From Syntrophales bacterium (GTDB taxonomy: Bacteria > Desulfobacterota > Syntrophia > Syntrophales > UBA2210): DNA of 64,000 nucleotides. Numbering within the stretch: position 1 is the first letter of the stretch; every line of letters begins with the position of its first letter. Where the stretch lies: positions 384,001 through 448,000 of the forward strand of contig CAXXKT010000001.1 in NCBI GenBank assembly GCA_963662405.2. Direction: 5' to 3'. The position numbers and the translations under genes were made by a program. This document shows positions 18,732 to 30,250 of this stretch, piece by piece. The notes beneath the pieces were generated by a model, which saw nothing but the letters and a program-made list of their open reading frames with translations, made no database searches and was not told the origin of the DNA.

Positions 18732-19742
18732 ATGGGTAAAAAACCAACATATTCCGAACTGGAACAAAGAATCATAGTGCTCGAAGGAACGCTGAAAGAA
18801 ACCCGGCGTCTCCAGGCAAAGCTCAAGGAGAGTGAGGTCAAATATCGCTTTCTTGTGGAACATATGCGTGATACCGTCTGGACTCTCGATATACAGGACA
18901 TGAAACCCACCTATGTGGGACAAGCCAGCGAAAAAGTCCTGGGGTTCACCCCGGAGGAGCGGTTGAATCAGCACCTGTCTGAGATGGTGACACCGGAAAC
19001 GTATGCACGGCTCATGGAGGTCCTGACCGGCGAACTGGCGAAAGAAGGGTCAACCGATCCCGACAGATCCATCGTCATCGAGATGGAATATTATCATAAG
19101 GATGGCGGCACCCGCTGGCTGGAGAACAGGGTGAATGCAATTCGCGATGACGGCGGCGCCATAGTGGGGCTTCACGGCGTCTCGCGGGATATCACGGAGC
19201 GCAAACGAACGGAAGATGCTCTGCGGGATAGTGAACGGATATACCGTGAACTCAGTACCATTGATATGCTCACACAGCTGTACAATCTTCGACAGTTTGA
19301 TATTCAGATCAAGATCGAAACGGATCGGTCAAACCGTTATGACCAGCCCCTAACCCTTCTTTTTCTTGATCTCGATGACTTTAAGACATTCAACGATGCC
19401 TACGGCCATATCGAGGGAGACAAAGTACTCCAACGCGTCGGCGAGGAGATCAAAGAGTGCCTGCGCGAGACGGATTTTGCGTATCGCTATGGCGGAGAAG
19501 AATTTACCGTTATCCTGCCGATGACGACACAAGCCGACGGCGTTACGATAGCCGAAAGAATCCGCACGAGGATCAAGGAAGCGGATTTTTCCCCGTCACC
19601 GGGCCAGACCGTTCGCATGACGGTAAGCATCGGTGTGACGCAGTACAAAGGGCAAGAGGAGATAAAGGCCTTTATTCAGCGGGCCGACCGATTGATGTAC
19701 CAGGGGAAGGAACGGGGGAAAGATCGGGTCTGTGGTGAATGA
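18732..19742 (+). CDS. PAS-GGDEF diguanylate cyclase
   Basis: KPTYSELEQR leader; PAS/PAC (YHKDGGTRWLE...RDITERK); RYGGEEF. Confidence 0.93.
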   Translation: MGKKPTYSELEQRIIVLEGTLKETRRLQAKLKESEVKYRFLVEHMRDTVWTLDIQDMKPTYVGQASEKVLGFTPEERLNQHLSEMVTPETYARLMEVLTGELAKEGSTDPDRSIVIEMEYYHKDGGTRWLENRVNAIRDDGGAIVGLHGVSRDITERKRTEDALRDSERIYRELSTIDMLTQLYNLRQFDIQIKIETDRSNRYDQPLTLLFLDLDDFKTFNDAYGHIEGDKVLQRVGEEIKECLRETDFAYRYGGEEFTVILPMTTQADGVTIAERIRTRIKEADFSPSPGQTVRMTVSIGVTQYKGQEEIKAFIQRADRLMYQGKERGKDRVCGE

Positions 19743-19945
19743 GAGGAAACACCCCTTTACAGGGTGCGATGCATGGGGGCGATGTCTCCTGTCTGTGCGG
19801 ATCTTCGTTCCTACCGTTGTCTTTCTCGCCGTAACCGTGGAATAACCGTTCATGTCCGTTTTGCTCCCGCCACAAGCGTATGTTTCCCATCGGAGAAATG
19901 CCTGGGGCGCCGGCACACGTTATCCTTTCCTGTTGAATCCATCCC

Positions 19946-20551
19946 CTATCTGGTCAGGTAGCCGCTGAGGTGTTTCTGTATCATCTGCTCGTATCCGAAG
20001 TAGAAATGATCGGCCCCGCAGACGATCTCAAGTCTGCACCCCACCTGCCGGGTTATCGTTTCCAATGAAGGGAGGGGGCAGAACTGGTCCCGGTCACCGC
20101 AGATGATGAGGCCGCATTTCCCGGCGAGGGGCGAAAAGTCGAAGGAAACGAAATCGATGGGTGGCGAGACCATGACGACATCGGACAGGCCGTCATATCC
20201 GGCGAGGAATCGCGAATTGACCCATGCCCCGAAGGAATAACCCGCCAGGATTATGTCGTCCGCGCCCTTCTCTTTCAGGAAGGAAATGGCTCCTCCGACA
20301 TCGTCCTGCTCACCCACACCGTCGTCGAAACGGCCTTCGCTTCTCCCCACACCTCTGAAATTAAACCGCAGGGTTGCATAACCATGATCGTAAAAAGAGG
20401 ACACAAGGGCATCAACGACGTTGTTCTCCATGCTCCCCCCCATCAGGGGATGGGGATGGGTCACGACCACGCCTTTGGAACCGCATCCCGAGGCATAGAG
20501 CCCCTCAATGGTCAATCCTCCGCTTTCAAATACAGTCTGTTCTTCCTTCAT
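19946..20551 (-). CDS. Alpha/beta hydrolase
   Basis: HPHPLMGGSM, RFNFRGVGRSEG, GYSFGA, GADHFY. Confidence 0.9.
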   Translation of the reverse strand: MKEEQTVFESGGLTIEGLYASGCGSKGVVVTHPHPLMGGSMENNVVDALVSSFYDHGYATLRFNFRGVGRSEGRFDDGVGEQDDVGGAISFLKEKGADDIILAGYSFGAWVNSRFLAGYDGLSDVVMVSPPIDFVSFDFSPLAGKCGLIICGDRDQFCPLPSLETITRQVGCRLEIVCGADHFYFGYEQMIQKHLSGYLTR

Positions 20552-20608
20552 TTCCGTCGTGTCTCACGCGGGATCTATTGCTTCACATGCGTTTCCTATA
20601 CCGTACGC

Positions 20609-20959
20609 TCAGAAACCGGCCTCGGCCAGCTCCCGATCGACCCGGTCTGCGTCTCCGATGTTATACTGTACCAGTTTTTTCAAATGGAAAAAGCCGGTTT
20701 CGTCAACACCGGTCAAGGCAAGGGCTATCCCCTCATCATCGCTTCGCACGATGGTCGCCCGGGCGGTGATCGTCGCCTCGGGACTCAAGACAATTTGAAT
20801 ATCGGCGGCCTCACCCATCTTGATCCTTTTATCAGGTCTGCATAACATACCGTTCATGCTGATATTTTCCGTTTCCAGTAGCAGGGATTCCCGCCCCCTT
20901 GTCACCATTACGTCAAAATGCACCGAAGTCCTTGATCTCCTTCTTTTTTCCATTGTCAT
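20609..20959 (-). CDS. PilZ domain protein
   Basis: RRRSR (RxxxR) and NISMNG motifs. Confidence 0.85.
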   Translation of the reverse strand: MTMEKRRRSRTSVHFDVMVTRGRESLLLETENISMNGMLCRPDKRIKMGEAADIQIVLSPEATITARATIVRSDDEGIALALTGVDETGFFHLKKLVQYNIGDADRVDRELAEAGF

Positions 20960-21387
20960 GACGCCTCCTTCTCCGGTCTTGTACATATACGAAACACCCC
21001 CTCAAGCACTAAAGCTCCATTGCGATATCCTGTCAAGAAATATTACCGCAACGAGAGCCAAAGAACAGCGAACCGGACAGGCAGCGTTCGGTACCATTTT
21101 GATGGCCATCCCGAAAAGAGAATAAGGAAAAGTCGAATCGATTGGAAAAAATCCTATGACGGATTTCGATATGACAATAGACACAGGCAAACCCGCGGGA
21201 GGACCAACAGGGATCTCAAAAGAATTCACTCTGAGACAATTCCCAAAGGATGGAGGAGATCCTGCAAAAATCATATCATATTGACCGAATCTGAGAAACG
21301 TGTTACTTGATCCAAGTAGCGGGGGATACGGATGTTCCATCAAAGATGGTGGTGTTATAAGGGAGGGGAGAGGTTTATCGAGATCGG

Positions 21388-22119
21388 ATGAAAAGAGGTC
21401 ACCTGACAGCAATATTCTTGAGATCTCTATCTATTCAAGCTTCATGGAGTTTCAGGGGAATGCAGAATGTGGGCTTTGCCTATTCCCTGATTCCGTTTGT
21501 CAAGTCCGGAGGTGACAAAGAATGGATCTCCGGGATATTGACCCGGCATATATGCCCCTTTAATTCTCATCCCTATCTCACGGGGGCAATCATCGGTTCG
21601 GTGACACGACTGGAGGAGGAGGCGGTCACAAGTCCTGACCGTTATCCCGATGCCGTCCGACGGAAAGAAGCACTGATGGCCCCCTATGCCGCGGTGGGAG
21701 ATCCCTTCTTCTGGGGAGGGCTCAAACCCTTTTCCGCGGTGCTCGGCGTTCTCCTTGCCCTTGAAGGGCTTATCGTTGCCCCTCTCTTGTTTTTCCTGCT
21801 CTATAATTCTGTCCATATCTGGATACGTGTAAACGGTTTCATTGAGGGGTATCGTGATGGAAACGGAGCAATCGGCTTTCTGGGGAAACTCGGTCTGCCT
21901 CATAAAACCAGGGTGCTCAAATGGGGTACAACCGTGCTCCTCGCCATTTTGAGTGTAATTTTTCTTGATTCCTCTTTTTCATCAGCAGAGATTCCCTGGG
22001 GCTTCACCCTCGGAGGAACCTGTGCCGTGGTCCTCCTGTGTTCATGGCTGGTGAGTAAAGGGGTATCCTCACTTGCGATGCTGTATGGAGCGGCTCTCGT
22101 GTTTGTGGTGGTTGCGTAG
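21388..22119 (+). CDS. manZ: PTS mannose/fructose/sorbose family IID component
   Basis: IQASWSFRGMQNVGF, FNSHPY, LMAPYAAVGDPFFW. Confidence 0.85.
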   Translation: MKRGHLTAIFLRSLSIQASWSFRGMQNVGFAYSLIPFVKSGGDKEWISGILTRHICPFNSHPYLTGAIIGSVTRLEEEAVTSPDRYPDAVRRKEALMAPYAAVGDPFFWGGLKPFSAVLGVLLALEGLIVAPLLFFLLYNSVHIWIRVNGFIEGYRDGNGAIGFLGKLGLPHKTRVLKWGTTVLLAILSVIFLDSSFSSAEIPWGFTLGGTCAVVLLCSWLVSKGVSSLAMLYGAALVFVVVA

Positions 22120-22120
22120 G

Positions 22121-22390
22121 ATGAAAAGGGTAAAAACATTCACCTTAAAAAATAAGCTGGGACTCCACGCGCGGGCTGCCGCCAAGATCGTGGACGTATT
22201 GTGCCGACACAAGTCGACAGTCTTTCTTGCGAAAGATGGAGAAAAGATTGACGGCAGGAGTATCCTTGAGATATTGACCCTTGCCTGCCCCATAGGGAGT
22301 CAGATCACCATCGAGGCCGAAGGGCGGGACGCGGATGATGTCATGGGGGAAATTGAGAAGCTCATCGAGGGCAAGTTCGGAGAAGAATAA
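22121..22390 (+). CDS. ptsH: Phosphocarrier HPr
   Basis: NKLGLHARAA, DGRSIL. Confidence 0.95.
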   Translation: MKRVKTFTLKNKLGLHARAAAKIVDVLCRHKSTVFLAKDGEKIDGRSILEILTLACPIGSQITIEAEGRDADDVMGEIEKLIEGKFGEE

Positions 22391-24175
22391 GTGAGTGAAA
22401 GTGAACTGAAGACGATAGCCGCTTTGAAAGGGATCGGGGTGTCTCCGGGGATCGTGATCGGGCATGCCTATGCCATGGACCACCAGGATATCAAAGAAAC
22501 ACTCTATAAATTGGATAACGGTCGATTTGTTGCCAAGGAAATAAAACGGTTCAAAAAAGCCCTTAAGGACTCAAAGCAGGAACTGCTGGACATCAAGAAG
22601 GACATCGGAAATCGTAAGGGAATCGGCCCGCTTCTTATCGATGTCTATATCATGATACTCGAAGACAAAACCCTCGTCGACACAACTATACAAAACATCG
22701 AGAATCATCGTGTTAACGCCGAATGGGCATTGAAGATGACCATATCCGGTCATCGGCAGATATTCGATGCAATTGAAGACGATTATCTGAGGGATCGCAT
22801 CAGAGATCTGGAATATGTAGGGCAACGAATCCTGAGAAACCTGTCCGGAAAGGCCATCGAGAGGATCTCCGATATCGAAGGAGAGGTGGTCATCGTCGCG
22901 CGAGATCTCTCGCCTGCCGATACGGTGCAGATGACAACCGGCAAGATACTGGGGTTTGCGACCGACATGGGCGGGAAAACCTCCCACACCGCGATTGTGG
23001 CGAAATCGATAGAGATCCCGGCAGTTGTGGGACTGGAAAAAGTGACCAGAGAGGTGAGCACCGGTGATCTGATCATCGTTGACGGGACGGCGGGGGTTGT
23101 CATCGTCAATCCCGACCCGGAAGTCATCAAACGATACGAAGACAAAAAACGGCACTACCTCGCCATGGAAGAGGATATGCTCAAGAACGCTCACCTCCCC
23201 GCCATAACGGCGGATGGCCATAGTGTGGGCGTCGGAGCCAATATAGAATTCGTCGAGGAGATTCCCTCCGCTGTCTTTCACGGCGCCAACGGTGTGGGGC
23301 TGTACCGGACGGAATTCCTCTACATCAACAAAAAATCGCTCCCCACTGAAGAGGGACACTTCGCAAACTATAAGAAGGTGATAGAGGGGGAAGGAATTAA
23401 GTGGGCAACCATCAGGACCTTTGATCTGGGAGGGGACAAATTCATCTCCGATGCCGGATTGGCCGAAGAAATGAACCCGGTAATGGGGCTCCGGGCAATC
23501 AGATTCTGTCTTCAGGAGGTAGAGCTCTTCAAGGTCCAGTTGCGGGCGATATTGCGCGCCAGCGCTTACGGCAATACCGGCATTCTGCTCCCCATGATTT
23601 CAGGTATCCAGGAGCTGATCGATGCACGGAAGATCATCGACGAGGTCAAAGAAGATTTGACGGCCGCCGATATCCCCATCGATCATCATATCAAAATAGG
23701 CGTCATGATTGAAGTGCCCTCTGCAGTGATATTGGCGGATCGATTGGCGGAGCAGGTCGACTTCTTCAGTATCGGCACCAACGACCTGATACAATATGCC
23801 CTGGCGATCGACCGTGTCAACGAGCGGGTCACCTACCTGTACGAACCCCTCCATCCCGCTGTTTTGATGATGCTCAGGCAAACCGTCGAGGCGGGGCATC
23901 GGGCCGGCATCAAGGTGGCGATGTGCGGTGAAATGGCGGGCGACCCACTGTGTACCGCTATCTTGCTGGGGCTGAAACTGGACGGGCTGAGCATGACCCC
24001 GCTGGCTATTCCTCGCGTCAAGAAGATAATCCGTAATTCGACGGTCGCGGAATCGGCAAAGCTCCTCGAGACGGTCATGGACTTTTCCACGGCCCGTGAG
24101 ATCGAACAATATGTAAAAGACTATATGATCCGGATGTTCCCCGAATGTTGCCCCGTACACTGGCAGGCAGACTGA
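22391..24175 (+). CDS. ptsI: PEP-protein phosphotransferase (enzyme I)
   Basis: GGKTSHTAI, GLYRTEF, FFSIGTNDLIQY, MCGEMAG. Confidence 0.96.
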   Translation: MSESELKTIAALKGIGVSPGIVIGHAYAMDHQDIKETLYKLDNGRFVAKEIKRFKKALKDSKQELLDIKKDIGNRKGIGPLLIDVYIMILEDKTLVDTTIQNIENHRVNAEWALKMTISGHRQIFDAIEDDYLRDRIRDLEYVGQRILRNLSGKAIERISDIEGEVVIVARDLSPADTVQMTTGKILGFATDMGGKTSHTAIVAKSIEIPAVVGLEKVTREVSTGDLIIVDGTAGVVIVNPDPEVIKRYEDKKRHYLAMEEDMLKNAHLPAITADGHSVGVGANIEFVEEIPSAVFHGANGVGLYRTEFLYINKKSLPTEEGHFANYKKVIEGEGIKWATIRTFDLGGDKFISDAGLAEEMNPVMGLRAIRFCLQEVELFKVQLRAILRASAYGNTGILLPMISGIQELIDARKIIDEVKEDLTAADIPIDHHIKIGVMIEVPSAVILADRLAEQVDFFSIGTNDLIQYALAIDRVNERVTYLYEPLHPAVLMMLRQTVEAGHRAGIKVAMCGEMAGDPLCTAILLGLKLDGLSMTPLAIPRVKKIIRNSTVAESAKLLETVMDFSTAREIEQYVKDYMIRMFPECCPVHWQAD

Positions 24176-24209
24176 GAAGGGCAGGACGGAAAATAGGCAG
24201 AGTGCAGTG

Positions 24210-26807
24210 ATGAGATCGAAGTGGCAACGATTCGGCAGGCAGGTTGGCGAATACTACAACGGATTTCTGTATGAAGAGAAGAAATCGCCCTTGTTCCGCC
24301 TCCTGGCCAGGACCTTGTCCAAAGCAAAAGCCGACGAAGAAGACCTGGAACGACTGAAATCCCTCTCTCATCAAGGGGTCGTTGTACATGCCCTGAAGAA
24401 TAAGAGCCAGCTGAACTGTCTGATTCTTCGAAATGTTTTTATCAGAGGGGGTGTCCCGCAGCCTGTCTATTGTCACCATATCAACATGCTTCTCTGGCAG
24501 CCCTTTCGGGATGCCGTGCGGGCGATCATATCGCAATGGTTTTACAATCCCTTTTTTAATAACTATCTGAAAAGAATAACAAAGAAAAAACAAAGCTCCG
24601 TGATATACCTCCGGGGCTCGGCATTTCTCGGGACTCAAAGCGGGAAAGATCCTCTCGGGCAACTAATCGACGCACAGAGGGAAATGGATGTGCCGATTTT
24701 TCTCGTGCCTCAGCTTGTCGCCTATGGGCGCAGACGGGAGAAAAAGGATAAGGGCCTGGCGGATCTTCTCTTCAGCCAGACAGAAAATCCCGGGACACTG
24801 CGACGGATCATAACCTTTTTCAGGTACCACCATAAGGCGTTCATCGTCTCCTCTCAACCGGTTAATCTCTCTGAATTTTTGGAAATTCATAGAGGCAAGC
24901 CCCGGGAAACCATCGGCTATCTCCTGAGACGAGAACTCATCGACAAAATCGATACGGAAAAGAGGGCCATTGTCGGTCCCGTTATCAAGTCGAGAGAGGA
25001 GATTGTCGAGATAGCCCTGAGAGACCCGAACTTGATACGGTTCATGGAGGAAATGGCGGCAAACGGCAAAGAGGGGTATGACGCCGTCGTTGACAAGGCG
25101 AAGAGGTATCTCCTTGAGATAGCTGCGGGGTGCAATGAAACGTACATTGGATTCGCGGACCGAGCGCTCACCTGGCTGTGGAACAATATATATGACGGTG
25201 TGATTGTGGACAAGGAAGGGCTTGCCCGGATGAGAGAGGTGGCAAAGAAGATGCCCTTCGTCGTAATCCCCTGCCATCGCAGCCATATAGACTATCTCCT
25301 AATTCACTATGTCTTTTACTACAACAACATACAGCTCCCCTTCATCGCCGCCGGTGCCAACCTCAGCTTCTGGCCCATGGGTCACTTTTTCAGGAGTATC
25401 GGAGCCTTTTTTATCAGGAGAACCATCGGCGGCAATGCCCTGTATGGGGAGGCCCTGGCCAAATATATCAAGACACTCCTCGCAGAAGGGCTCCCCATAG
25501 AATTCTTTATTGAGGGGGGGAGAAGTCGTACCGGAAAGATGGTGATGCCGAAATACGGACTCTTCTCGATGATTATGCAGGCATATCGAGAATCGAACTT
25601 CGAAGATCTGGCCATTATTCCGGTCTTTGTCGGATATGACCGGGTGGTGGAAGAAAAATCGTACCTGAAGGAACTGGAAGGAGGCGGCAAGGAAAAAGAG
25701 AAGATATTTTCTCTCCTCAAGAGCATCAATGTCCTCAAAAAACGGTACGGACGGGTCTACATGAATGTGGGGGAACCAATGCTCCTCAAGTCATATCTTG
25801 CCGCTCAGGAAACCCCTATTGAAGAGATGACCCTTTCCGAGAGAAGAGCGCTCTACCGGATGATGGGATACGAGGTAGTGAATGAAATCAACGCGGTGTC
25901 CGTTGTGACGCCCTCTTCCCTTGTCGCCGCGGGGCTGCTGGCCTACTACCGGCGAGGGATCTCTCATGACGACCTGATGGACATCCTCGATGAATTTTAT
26001 AGATATCTCGAACACGTAGGGGTCCGGTTCTCGTCAACCTTTGTGAACAGAGAGCGGGCCGTGGGCGACGCCTTGAGCATGTTCGAATCCTCCGGTCTCA
26101 TATCGAAAATGGGGCCCGACGAGGAAGACGAGGAGGACGAACTTGCCGAGACGATATACTCCGTTGATGAAAACAAGAGACTGAATCTTGAATATTATAA
26201 AAACAACATACTCCATTCCTTTGTCTCGTTCGCCTTCGTCTCACTCTCGATCCTCTCGGGGCCGGGCAGCAGAATACCGCTTCCCGAGGTAATGGAAGAT
26301 TACACCTTCTTTAAGACTCTCTTTATGGACGAATTCATCTATGACAACAGGAGAAATGATCGTGAAGAGGTCCAGCGGGTTATCTCGTACGCGCGCGGCA
26401 GAGAACTGCTTGTCGTCCATGAAAATGTCGATGGGGAGGTATCCTTCGAGGCAACCGGGAAGGGACAGGTCTTCCTTCCCGCATTCGCCGGACTTGTTCA
26501 AAACTATCTTGAATCGTACTGGATTGCGTCCCGAGGATGTGTCTACCTGAAAAATAAGGGACGACAGGAAAAAGAGCTGCTCAAGAAGATCCAGAAACTC
26601 GGCGTCAAGATGTACAAGAAGGGGGAACTTTCCAAGATGGAATCCCTCTCCCAGGCAAATTACAAAAACGCCCTGAAGTTCCTGAGAGACTCCGGCGCGA
26701 TATCCCTGTCCACCGACGAAGACGGAGAGAGCACACGAACCCTTTCCCTGGCTGACAACGGACGCCTGGAACCCCTGAGGCGGAAGTTGTTCAAGTTTAT
26801 GAGATAG
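24210..26807 (+). CDS. Glycerol-3-phosphate acyltransferase PlsB-like
   Basis: HRSHID, GAFFIRR, FFIEGGRSRTGK. Confidence 0.88.
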   Translation: MRSKWQRFGRQVGEYYNGFLYEEKKSPLFRLLARTLSKAKADEEDLERLKSLSHQGVVVHALKNKSQLNCLILRNVFIRGGVPQPVYCHHINMLLWQPFRDAVRAIISQWFYNPFFNNYLKRITKKKQSSVIYLRGSAFLGTQSGKDPLGQLIDAQREMDVPIFLVPQLVAYGRRREKKDKGLADLLFSQTENPGTLRRIITFFRYHHKAFIVSSQPVNLSEFLEIHRGKPRETIGYLLRRELIDKIDTEKRAIVGPVIKSREEIVEIALRDPNLIRFMEEMAANGKEGYDAVVDKAKRYLLEIAAGCNETYIGFADRALTWLWNNIYDGVIVDKEGLARMREVAKKMPFVVIPCHRSHIDYLLIHYVFYYNNIQLPFIAAGANLSFWPMGHFFRSIGAFFIRRTIGGNALYGEALAKYIKTLLAEGLPIEFFIEGGRSRTGKMVMPKYGLFSMIMQAYRESNFEDLAIIPVFVGYDRVVEEKSYLKELEGGGKEKEKIFSLLKSINVLKKRYGRVYMNVGEPMLLKSYLAAQETPIEEMTLSERRALYRMMGYEVVNEINAVSVVTPSSLVAAGLLAYYRRGISHDDLMDILDEFYRYLEHVGVRFSSTFVNRERAVGDALSMFESSGLISKMGPDEEDEEDELAETIYSVDENKRLNLEYYKNNILHSFVSFAFVSLSILSGPGSRIPLPEVMEDYTFFKTLFMDEFIYDNRRNDREEVQRVISYARGRELLVVHENVDGEVSFEATGKGQVFLPAFAGLVQNYLESYWIASRGCVYLKNKGRQEKELLKKIQKLGVKMYKKGELSKMESLSQANYKNALKFLRDSGAISLSTDEDGESTRTLSLADNGRLEPLRRKLFKFMR

Positions 26808-26857
26808 GAAGGCAGGGTTCAGGCCATGCCAATTGCAACCCAAACCCTGCCTCGCAT

Positions 26858-28348
<1,491 letters not shown>

Positions 28349-28351
28349 GGA

Positions 28352-28663
28352 TTAACCGATCCCGCGCACCTGATTCACCATCGATTGCGAGAATTCATCT
28401 ATCTTTCCCGAAGAGGCGGATCGGATTCCGGCGGATGCCTTGCGCGATTTTTCGATCTTTTTCTGGGCCCCCTCTTGCGCCTCTGAGATGATCCGGTCAC
28501 GCTCACCCTTGAACGTGTCGACGAGCAATTCCCCTGACGTGATCTCCCGTGCCTTCTTATTGGCCTCTTCCAGGATCCCCCGCGCCTCTGCCCGAGCCGC
28601 CTCTATCAGCTTTTCGGCTTCTTTCTCTATCTCTTTGATCGTATCGCGTATCTCTACCGGCAT
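28352..28663 (-). CDS. V/A-type ATPase subunit H/G
   Basis: IKEIEKEAEKLIEAARAEA coiled coil; last gene of the operon. Confidence 0.7.
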   Translation of the reverse strand: MPVEIRDTIKEIEKEAEKLIEAARAEARGILEEANKKAREITSGELLVDTFKGERDRIISEAQEGAQKKIEKSRKASAGIRSASSGKIDEFSQSMVNQVRGIG

Positions 28664-28674
28664 AGTTATTCTCC

Positions 28675-29130
28675 TTATACGGTCCCCTTCCCTTTCGCGA
28701 GTTCCCCATATTGTTGGGTGGTGATGTAGATACCGTGATCGAAAATACGGATGGTCTTGTTGATTGTTTCAACCGCCTGCCGGTGATCCATGGCACTCAG
28801 GAACGGCTCCTGAAAATCGGCATAGAGCCACATGTGCCTCCTCATCATGATGAGGGCATAAAGTGTCTCATGGAGCGGAATCTCGTGCTGATAACTGACT
28901 TCCGCATACTCTGAAAAATATTTTCGCACCTCAGTGTAGGGCTTCTCACTGAAATACATCGTGATCAGATTTTTGTAAAAGAAGCCTGCCCTCTTGAGCA
29001 GTTCCTCTTCAGAGAAGTTGCTGAATGAAGCAGTCCGGGGGTTTTGCCTTACGGCGTTGCACCACTGCTGCGCGATTTCTCTTCGGTGGTTTTCCAGGAC
29101 ATTGATCAGTCTGTCTGCGAATACTTTCAT
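28675..29130 (-). CDS. RsbRD N-terminal/globin-like helical protein
   Basis: LENHRREIAQQW...IPLHETLYAL..MRRHMW...FDHGIY pattern. Confidence 0.55.
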   Translation of the reverse strand: MKVFADRLINVLENHRREIAQQWCNAVRQNPRTASFSNFSEEELLKRAGFFYKNLITMYFSEKPYTEVRKYFSEYAEVSYQHEIPLHETLYALIMMRRHMWLYADFQEPFLSAMDHRQAVETINKTIRIFDHGIYITTQQYGELAKGKGTV

Positions 29131-29170
29131 GGCGAGCCCTCCCTTTCGTATTAGTGTATTGCCGTATTCC

Positions 29171-29596
29171 TCATGCGGTGAAGACATACTGCGTGGTCGT
29201 CTTCAACACCCTCCTCAGCACCTGTAACTGCGGTTTAAAAATCGTTATCGCATCGGACTTCCAGGATACGGGCATCTCCAATATCCGTGAGAATATCTTT
29301 GCTTCAGTCCCCGTTTTCGACCGCACCACCAAGCGATCCCTGCGAGATTCCACCTCTATTATGATCGGCAGGAAAAGTCCCTCTTTATCTTTATTTTCTA
29401 CTATCTGTGCCAGATACTCAAGCTCTTTTTTCTTAAAAACATGCCTGCTTCCGTCACCACATGCAACATGGGGCCGTTCCTCTTCCAGCAATTCGCTCAG
29501 CGTCTTGCGCCTCCGGGGGAGATGTGCGTTGAATTCCTTCATATTGCCCGCGAGGCAACTCTCGAATATTCCGTCCACACCCGGCTTAATACGCAT
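29171..29596 (-). CDS. DUF61 (UPF0216) family protein
   Basis: NAHLPRRRKTLSELLEEERP...DGSRHVFKKKELE. Confidence 0.75.
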   Translation of the reverse strand: MRIKPGVDGIFESCLAGNMKEFNAHLPRRRKTLSELLEEERPHVACGDGSRHVFKKKELEYLAQIVENKDKEGLFLPIIIEVESRRDRLVVRSKTGTEAKIFSRILEMPVSWKSDAITIFKPQLQVLRRVLKTTTQYVFTA

Positions 29597-30236
29597 ATGC
29601 CTCTCTCTGCTCGATCAATAATTTGACATATTTAAGTCGGGCTGTCTCCTCTCGGTCCCGCTCCTCAAATTTCATCGTCAGGTACTTGATAGTGACTTCG
29701 AGTCCCGGAATGACGATATATTCGAGCCCATTGTTAACCCTTTTGACCTTGTTGATTTCAGACCCCAGGAGCTCCAGGGAATTCTGCAGTTCCGCCAGTT
29801 CGATCGTGGTTTTCAGACACTGACGTGAGAGAGCGGTACTGTTGTCCACCAACGCGGAAGTCTCCGATGTAGTCCTGACGATCGTCCCTGGTGTCTGCAG
29901 ATCTTCCACTTCGAGAACGGGAATCCTGACACCCGCAACATTCCGGGTTCCCGTCCCGATCTTGAGGGTCATCCTGGAGTCGAGCAGTTCCTTTTCCAGT
30001 AACGCATATCCATGATATCCCGTCGTGACCGAAAGGTTCCGGTAGGCCTCCTTGTACTCAGCGAGGAGACGCTCCTTGACCGAGGAACATTCCTTAACGG
30101 TGTCAAGAAATTCCATGATCAGGATGGAAAGCCGGTCCTTGACAATCTTCTGAATCCTCGTGGCGAGCTTCAGACGACGTTTCAGACGGGAGAGTTCGAT
30201 CTTTGTCGGTCGTGTGACCTGAACCTTTGTTGACAT
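29586..30236 (-). CDS. atpD: V/A-type ATPase subunit D (operon 1)
   Basis: PTKIELSRLKRRL, NVAGVRIP, KRVNNGLEYIVIP. Confidence 0.92.
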   Translation of the reverse strand: MSTKVQVTRPTKIELSRLKRRLKLATRIQKIVKDRLSILIMEFLDTVKECSSVKERLLAEYKEAYRNLSVTTGYHGYALLEKELLDSRMTLKIGTGTRNVAGVRIPVLEVEDLQTPGTIVRTTSETSALVDNSTALSRQCLKTTIELAELQNSLELLGSEINKVKRVNNGLEYIVIPGLEVTIKYLTMKFEERDREETARLKYVKLLIEQREAYAY

Positions 30237-30250
30237 GGCACCTCTCTTGC

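Noticed and set aside
21020..21310. 96-aa ORF or PTS EIIB remnant
   Set aside because: No RBS and only a vague resemblance; unsupported
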